From Camelus ferus (lineage: Eukaryota), in assembly GCF_009834535.1 (NCBI RefSeq), contig NC_045696.1, positions 100,256,001 through 100,320,000 of the forward strand: a DNA stretch of 64,000 nt. The letters are read 5' to 3'. Both the position numbers and the translations under genes were made by a program. The notes under the pieces were generated by a model, which was given only the letters and a program-made list of their open reading frames with translations, had not been told where the DNA came from and did not search any database. Every line of letters starts with the position of its first letter. Positions within the stretch are counted from its first letter, which is position 1. Positions 57,635-64,000 of this stretch are shown piece after piece.

Positions 57635-58435
57635 CACATGCACACGATAGTTGAAAGGAAAATAAATGTAGAATAAAATGCAAAGTAAGGAATATAGATT
57701 TTATAGAAAGAGGATAAGTGAAGAGAAAAATTCTGAGACTTATCAGTGAAGGCAAAGGGAAGGAGAACAGGATGGATTGAAGCAATTTGCACAGTAATCT
57801 CCCCATTTCCTTGCTCATCCTCGGCCCATTAATGCAGAGTTCTAATTGAAAAAGTGCAGCAATAGAGCCTATAGGTCATTTCAATGACTCTGCAGCTGTG
57901 TGAACATACAGTGGGGGTAATGCTGTCACAGGGCTGTAGGGTTGTGTTTCTACATCCCATCCCATCCCACCCATCACTGGGCACCCACACTTCCCTAGAA
58001 ACCTCCCATCTCCAGTTTCCTGCTGGGACATGGAGAAATTTGGGGGAAAAGGACCAACATTCAAGAGAGGGAGAGAGAGAAAGAAAAAGAAGGCAGAGGG
58101 AAAAATAAAGGAAAGGTGGTGAGAACATCATTTTAAGGTTACTAGGTTGAAATTTGAATTTGGTTACATGAGAACAACTAGGGATTAAAAAGTATGAATA
58201 AAATCTTAACTTCACAATATTAAATAATTTCCACTTCTGGCCTCCACACTGCTTATATGTTTATGCAAATCAGTTAATAATAACTGGAGTCATAATAATA
58301 AATGGAGTCATTTCCATCATCTAACTTGTTCCGAGAGGCATGGACTGAAGCTCATTCCTGTAGGTGGAAATCAGTAAATTTCTTGTTCAAATTTTTGTCC
58401 TTTTTTTCTTTTTTCTTTTAGGAATCATTTTCAAA

Positions 58436-58740
58436 ATTGAAGTATAGTTAGTTTCAGGTGTACAGCAAAGTGATTCAGTTATATATATATATATGTGTAT
58501 ATACATTTACATACACACATATATTTATTTTCAGATTATTTTCCATTATAGGTTACTACAAGATATTGAATATAGTTTCCTATGCTATATAGCATATTCT
58601 TTTGTTTATCTATTTTATATACAGTAGTGTATCTGTAAATCCCAAACTCCTAACTTATCCCTCTGTCCCCACCTCTCCTTTGGTAACCATAAGTTCGTTT
58701 TCTATGTCTGTCTATTTCTGTTTTGTAAATACATTCATTT
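58436..58740 (-). mobile_element. L1 3'-end fragment
   Basis: attgaagtatagttagtttcaggtgtacagcaaagtgattcagtt...tttggtaaccataagtt. Confidence 0.85.
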
Positions 58741-59119
58741 TCAATCCAAGACCACTCAAAGCTGAAAGGATGGGCTCAACTGAAGGCGTGAGAGTAACAG
58801 ACATAATTTTATCTATTGTAGTTTTACTAATTTTAGTCTAACTTCTGATAGCTCAGGATTTCAGAGTTTTCAAGGCTATCTGAAACAACTACCAGTGTCA
58901 TTGTGAACACCAAAAAATATCACCAGAGTGAAGGCTCATACCCTGTCTTCCCGAGGGAAGCCTTCCTTGGTTGACACAGTGGCCCTCTAAGGTAGCAGGT
59001 CAGGAAAAATTCCTAGAAGCTAATTCAGGGAGTGAAAGACCAAATCTAGGCTCAGCTATCTCACAATTAAAAGATAGGAATATTTTAAAAGTGGCTATAA
59101 TCTTTCTTTCCATCTAAAT

Positions 59120-60066
59120 AAAATATTTATTTTAGAATGGTTTTTAAGTTAATGAAAAGTTTCTACATCCCATCCCATCCCATCCCACCCAGCACTGGGC
59201 ACCCACGCTTCCCTAGAAACCTCTCATCCTCCAGTTCTCACATACACGGTACCCAGTTTTCCCTACTGTTAGTGTATTATTATTGCAGATGAACCAATAT
59301 GGATATATTATTATAAACTGAACTCCATGGCTTTATTTGGATTTTATTAATTTTCCTCTAATGTTCTTTTTCTGTCCCCAGATCTCATCCAGAAGAGCAG
59401 ATGACATTTAGTCTTTGTGTCTTGTTAGCTTCCCTGGGGCTGTGGAAGTTTCTCAGACTTTCCTGGCTTTTTTATGACTTACTTTGACAGTTTTGAGGGA
59501 TACTGGTCAGGCATTCTGTAGAACATTTGGGTTTGTCTGGTGTTTTTCTCAGGTTAGGTGGGTTATGTTTTGGGAGGAAGACAACAGACGTGAAGTACCA
59601 TTCTCAACATTGTGTATTAGGGTACATTCTATCAGAACGACCTATCCTCCATGATGTTGATCTTGACCACCCAGAAGAGGTAGTATTTGCCAGGCTTCTC
59701 CACTGTGAAGTGACTTGTTCCCCCTGCTCTGCTTCCCATACTGCACTATCTGGAAACAAATCACTAGGCATAGCCAGTAATTAAAGGGTGAGATGTTAAG
59801 CTTTACTCCTTGAGGGGGGAATACCTACATAATTACGAATTTTTCTGTAGAAATTTGTCTTGTATCCCCCATTTATTTATGTACTCAATCATTTATCTCA
59901 CTATGGACTCATGAAAATTTATTTTATACTTTGAGTGATGATGAAATATTATGGGTTTTTTTGGTGCTCCAATTGTCCCAACTTTGACCATTTAGAGCTC
60001 TTTCAATTGTGTCCTATGTCCTTTGGCCATATTGCCACCATTGTTTTGTCTTTTGTGCACGTTCTT
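59120..60066 (-). mobile_element. Old L1MC-like 3' UTR, continuing at 63763-63890 beyond a younger L1 insertion
   Basis: gacagttttgagggatactggtcaggcatt...gccaggcttctccactgtgaagtgact; resumes as atttctggcacttcaagatgct...aatcagccatttc. Confidence 0.7.
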
Positions 60067-63000
60067 TTTTTTTTTTTTTAAACACCTACTATGGTATAAT
60101 TCATTTGGTTGTTTCTATGTCTTGACTATTGTAAATAGTGCTGCTGTAAACACTGGGGTGCATGTGCCTTTTGAGTTATATTTTTCTCTCGATATATGCC
60201 CAGGAGTAGGATTGCTGGATTATATGGTAAGTTTATTTTTAGTTTTTTAAGGAACCTCCATACTGTCTTTCATAGTGGCTGCACCAATTTACATTCCCAC
60301 CAACAGTGTAGGGAGGTTCCTTTTTCTCTACATCCTGTCCAGCATTTACTGTTTATCGACTTTTTAATGATGGCCGTTCTGACTGCTGTAAGGTGATATC
60401 TCACTGTAGTTTTGATTTGGATTTCTCTAACAATTAGTGATGTTGAGCATCTTTTCATGTATTTGTTGGCTATTTGGAGGTCTTCTTTGCAGAGATGTCT
60501 ATTTAGGTCTTTGCCCATTTTTTGATTGGGTTGCTTTTGTTTTGATATTAAGCTGTATGAGCTGTTTATATATTTTGGAAATTAGTCCCTTGTTGGTTGC
60601 ATCATTTGCAAATATTTTCACTCATTCTGCAGGGTGTCTTTTCATTTTGTTGATGGTATCCTTAGCTGTGCAAACCTTTAAAGTTTAATTAGGTCCCATT
60701 TGTTTATCTTTAGTTTTATTCTAGGAGCTGGTTCAAAAAATATTGCTGTGATTTATGTCAAAGAGTGTTCTGCCTATGTTTTCCTCTAAGAGTTTTATAC
60801 TATCTGGTCTTAACATTTAGGTCTTTAATCCATTTTCAGTTTATTTTTGTATATGGTGTTAGAGAATGTTCTAATTTTAGTCTTTTACAGGAAGCTGTCC
60901 AGTTTTCTCAGCTCAATTTATTGAAGAGACTGTTTCTTCTCCATTGTATAGTCTTGCCCCCTTTGTTGTAGATTAATTGGCCATAAGTGTGTGGGTTTAT
61001 CTCTGGACTTTTTATCCTGTTCCATTGATCTATGTGTCTGTTTTTGTGGCAGTACTGTATTGTTTTGATTACCGTAGCTTTGTAGTATAGTCTGAAGTCA
61101 AGAAGCATGATTCCCCCAGCTCCGTTCTCCTTATTCAGGACTGTTTTGGCTATTTGGGTTTTTTTGTGTTTCTGTACACATTTTTACTTTTTTTTGTTCC
61201 AGCTCTGTGAAAAATGTCATTGGTAATTTGATAGGGAGTGCACTGAATCTGTATATTGCCTTGGGTGATATGGCCATTTTAACAATATTGATTCTTCCAA
61301 TCCAAGAGCATGGTATATCTTCCTATGTGTTTATGTCATCTTCAGTTTCTTTCATCAGTGTCTTATAATTTTTGGAGTACAGGTCCCTTGCCTCCTTGGG
61401 TAGGTTTATTCCTAGGTATTTTATTCTTTTCTGTGCAATGGTAAATGAGATTTTTCCTTAATTTCTTTTTCTGCTATTTTGTTTTTAGTGTATAGAAATT
61501 CAACTGATTTCTGTATATTAATTTTGTATCCTGCACCTTTACCAAATTCATTGATGAGTTCTAGTAGTTGTCTGGTCGCTTCTTTAGGGTTTTCTCTATG
61601 TCATGTATCATGTCATCTGCAAACAGTGACATTTCACTTCTTCTTTTCCAATTCAGATTCCTTTTATTTCTTTTTCTTTTCTGGTTGCTGTGTCTAAGAC
61701 TTCTAAAACTGTTGAATAAAAGTGGTGAGAGTGGGCATCCTTTTCTTGTTCCTGATCTTAGAGAAAATGCCTTTTCACCATTGAGTATGATGTTAGCTGT
61801 GGGTTTGTCACATATGGCCTTTATTATGTTGAGGTATGTTCCATCTATGCCCACTTTCTGGAGAGTTTTTATCATTAATGGATGTTGAATTTTATCAGAA
61901 GTTTTTTCTGCGTCTATTGAGATGATCATATGGTTTTTATTCTTCAGTTTGTTAATGTGGTGTATCACACTGATTGATTTGTGGATACTGAAAAATCCTT
62001 GCATCCCTGTGATAAATCCCACTTGTACGATCCTTTAATGCGTTGTTGGAGTCAATCTGCTAGTATTTTGTTGAGGAGTTTCAGTTTCACTATATTCAAA
62101 AGTGATATTGGCCTGTAGTTTTCTTTTTTGTGTGTGATATCTTTGGTTTAGGTATCAGGGTGATGGTGGCCTCATAGAATGAGTTCAGAAGTGTTCCTTC
62201 CTCTGCAATTTTTTGGAATAGTTTCAGAAGGACAGGTGTTAACTCTTCTCTAAATGGTAGAATTCACCTGTGAAGCCGTCTGGTCCTGGACTTTTGTTTG
62301 TTGGGAGTTTTTTAATTACTGATTCAATTTCAGTCCTGGTAATTGGTCTGTTCAGATTTTCTATTTCTTCCTGGTTCAGTCTAACAAATTGTACCTTTCT
62401 AAGAAATTGTCCATTTCTTCTAGGTTGTCCTTTTTGTTGGTGTATGGTGCTAATAGTAGCCTCTTATGATCCCTTTATTTCTGTGGTGTCAGTTGTAACT
62501 TCTCCTTGTTCACTTATGATTTTTATTAATTTGGGCCCTCTTCCTTTCTTTCTTGATGAGTATGACTAAAGGTTTATCAGTTTTTTTTGTCTTTTCAAAG
62601 AACAGCTTTTAGTTTCATTGACATTTTATCTTTTCTTTTCTTTTCTTTTTTTTTTTTTAGTCTCTATTTCATTTACTTCTGCTCTAACCTGTATGATTTC
62701 TTTTCTTCTACTAACTTTGGGTTTTGTTTGTTTTTCTTTCTCTAGTTGCTTTAGCTGTAGGTTAGGTTATTTATTTGAGATTTTTCTTGTTTCCTGAGAT
62801 AAGCTTGTATCTATAAACTTCCCTCTTGGAACTGCTTTTGCTGCATCCCATAGGTTTTGGATCATTGTGTTTTCATTTGTTTTAAAGTATTTTTTTAATT
62901 TCCTCTTTGCTTTCTTCAACGAGCCACTGGTTGTTTAGTAGCATATCGCTTAGCCTCCACATGTTGCGACCCTGGAACATGCCCTGCCAAGTGTGGGTCC

Positions 63001-63762
63001 TTGGCTTTGCTCAGGAAAGAATTCAAGAGTGAGCTACAGTTGAGTAAAGGTAGATTTATTTAGAGAGCCACACAGTGCATAGAGTGTAGGCTGTTTCAGA
63101 AGGCAAGAGAAAGGGCACGAGGTGTGGGGGATGGGTGCTCAGGTTAGAGTAAAAGTAGATACACACTTCACAGACAGGGTGTGGGCCATCTCCAAAGATG
63201 AGGGAGCAAAAAGCTTGGCCAGGAGGTGCAATGCTGCCAGTTTTTAATGGGCTCCATAGCTTCATATGCTAACAAGTGGGAGGACCATTTTAACTACCAT
63301 GGGGAAGGGGCTGGGATTCTCAGGAATTTGGTCATTGCCCACTCTTTGACCTTTTATAGTTAGTTTTGGAATTGTCATGGCACCTGTGGGAGTGTCATTT
63401 ATCATGCTAATATATTACAATGAGCATATAATGAAGCTCAAGGTCTACTAGAAGTCAAATCTCCCACTATCTTGAGCCTCAAGGCCCACTGGGATTAAAT
63501 CTTCCACCATTTTGATGTTAATTGCTGTGACATTCCTTGAATGGCTGTGCCCTGCCCTCTTCCCTCCTGTCTCATTACCATCCCGCTGTAGTTCCCTCTT
63601 TATGTTTCCAGTTGAAGAAGATCTTTTTTTTTTTTTGCTAGGATCCAGTCTTTTTTTTTTTTTCCCCCAATGGTTGTTTAGCAGTCAGTTGTGGTTCTAT
63701 TGTAGTCATGAGGAGAGGTGAGCTTGTGGTCCTACTACTCCACCATCTTGACTGGAAATCTC
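60067..63762 (-). mobile_element. L1 with 5' terminus and ORF2 RT/C-terminal region; lacks ORF1, ORF2 start and 3' UTR; contains an LTR
   Basis: RT motifs ([26 protein letters not shown]) on the minus strand; poly(T) at 60065-60079; TSD cacgttctt (60058) / catgttctt (63763). Confidence 0.92.
62962..63574 (-). mobile_element. ERV solo LTR (probably class I), ~613 bp
   Basis: TG...CA termini; minus strand starts TGAGACAGGAGGGAAGAGGGCAGGGCAC; minus-strand AATAAA at ~63055-63060; abrupt composition change from the L1. Confidence 0.78.
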
Positions 63763-64000
63763 CATGTTCTTATTTCTGGCACTTCAAGATGCTGCAGACT
63801 TACTTTGCCCTAGTCCTACAATCAGCCATTTCCTCATGAAGAAATTGGAAGACTATTAGAAATAAGATTTGAGCACAGGGTGTGCAATCATTTTTTCAAA
63901 AGTCACTTTTTATTTGTACATGGTGGATTATTTTCCATTGGAAATTGGTGGAGAAAATGGCTCCTTATTCTGCCCCTAAATGAAGGACTGTGAGACACCT

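Noticed and set aside
57461..57818. His/Thr-repeat ORFs (also Val/Cys-repeat ORFs at 1617-1904)
   Set aside because: Translation artefacts of (TG)n microsatellites
61561..62022. Novel reverse transcriptase or retron-like system
   Set aside because: Frameshifted L1 ORF2 RT fragment within an ordinary L1 fossil
29300..64000. A second protein-coding gene downstream of PLOD2
   Set aside because: No recognisable exon chain, protein similarity or CpG island; ORFs map to repeats or low-complexity DNA. Small or non-coding exons cannot be excluded by eye

Overview
This is AT-rich mammalian genomic DNA, not prokaryotic. A tRNA-Ala-derived SINE resembling the camelid Vic-1 family suggests a camel or alpaca. 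Bases ~6.5-29.3 kb hold the 3' two-thirds of PLOD2 (lysyl hydroxylase 2) on the + strand: 13 coding exons with GT-AG boundaries and a continuous reading frame, including the 63-nt alternative exon 13A of LH2b, the stop codon and the 3' UTR. The rest is intronic or intergenic sequence rich in L1, L2, MIR, MaLR/ERV LTR and DNA-transposon fossils. I found no convincing new multi-gene system. The best leads are: a possible 28-nt poison microexon or AG|GT site just after exon 13A; two L1 copies that keep their 5' end but lack ORF1 (one with a splice-like junction, one bridged by an LTR with no target-site duplication); and a 72-bp local templated duplication. Exon numbering, human comparisons and repeat subfamily names are from memory and need database confirmation. 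Most repeat boundaries are approximate.
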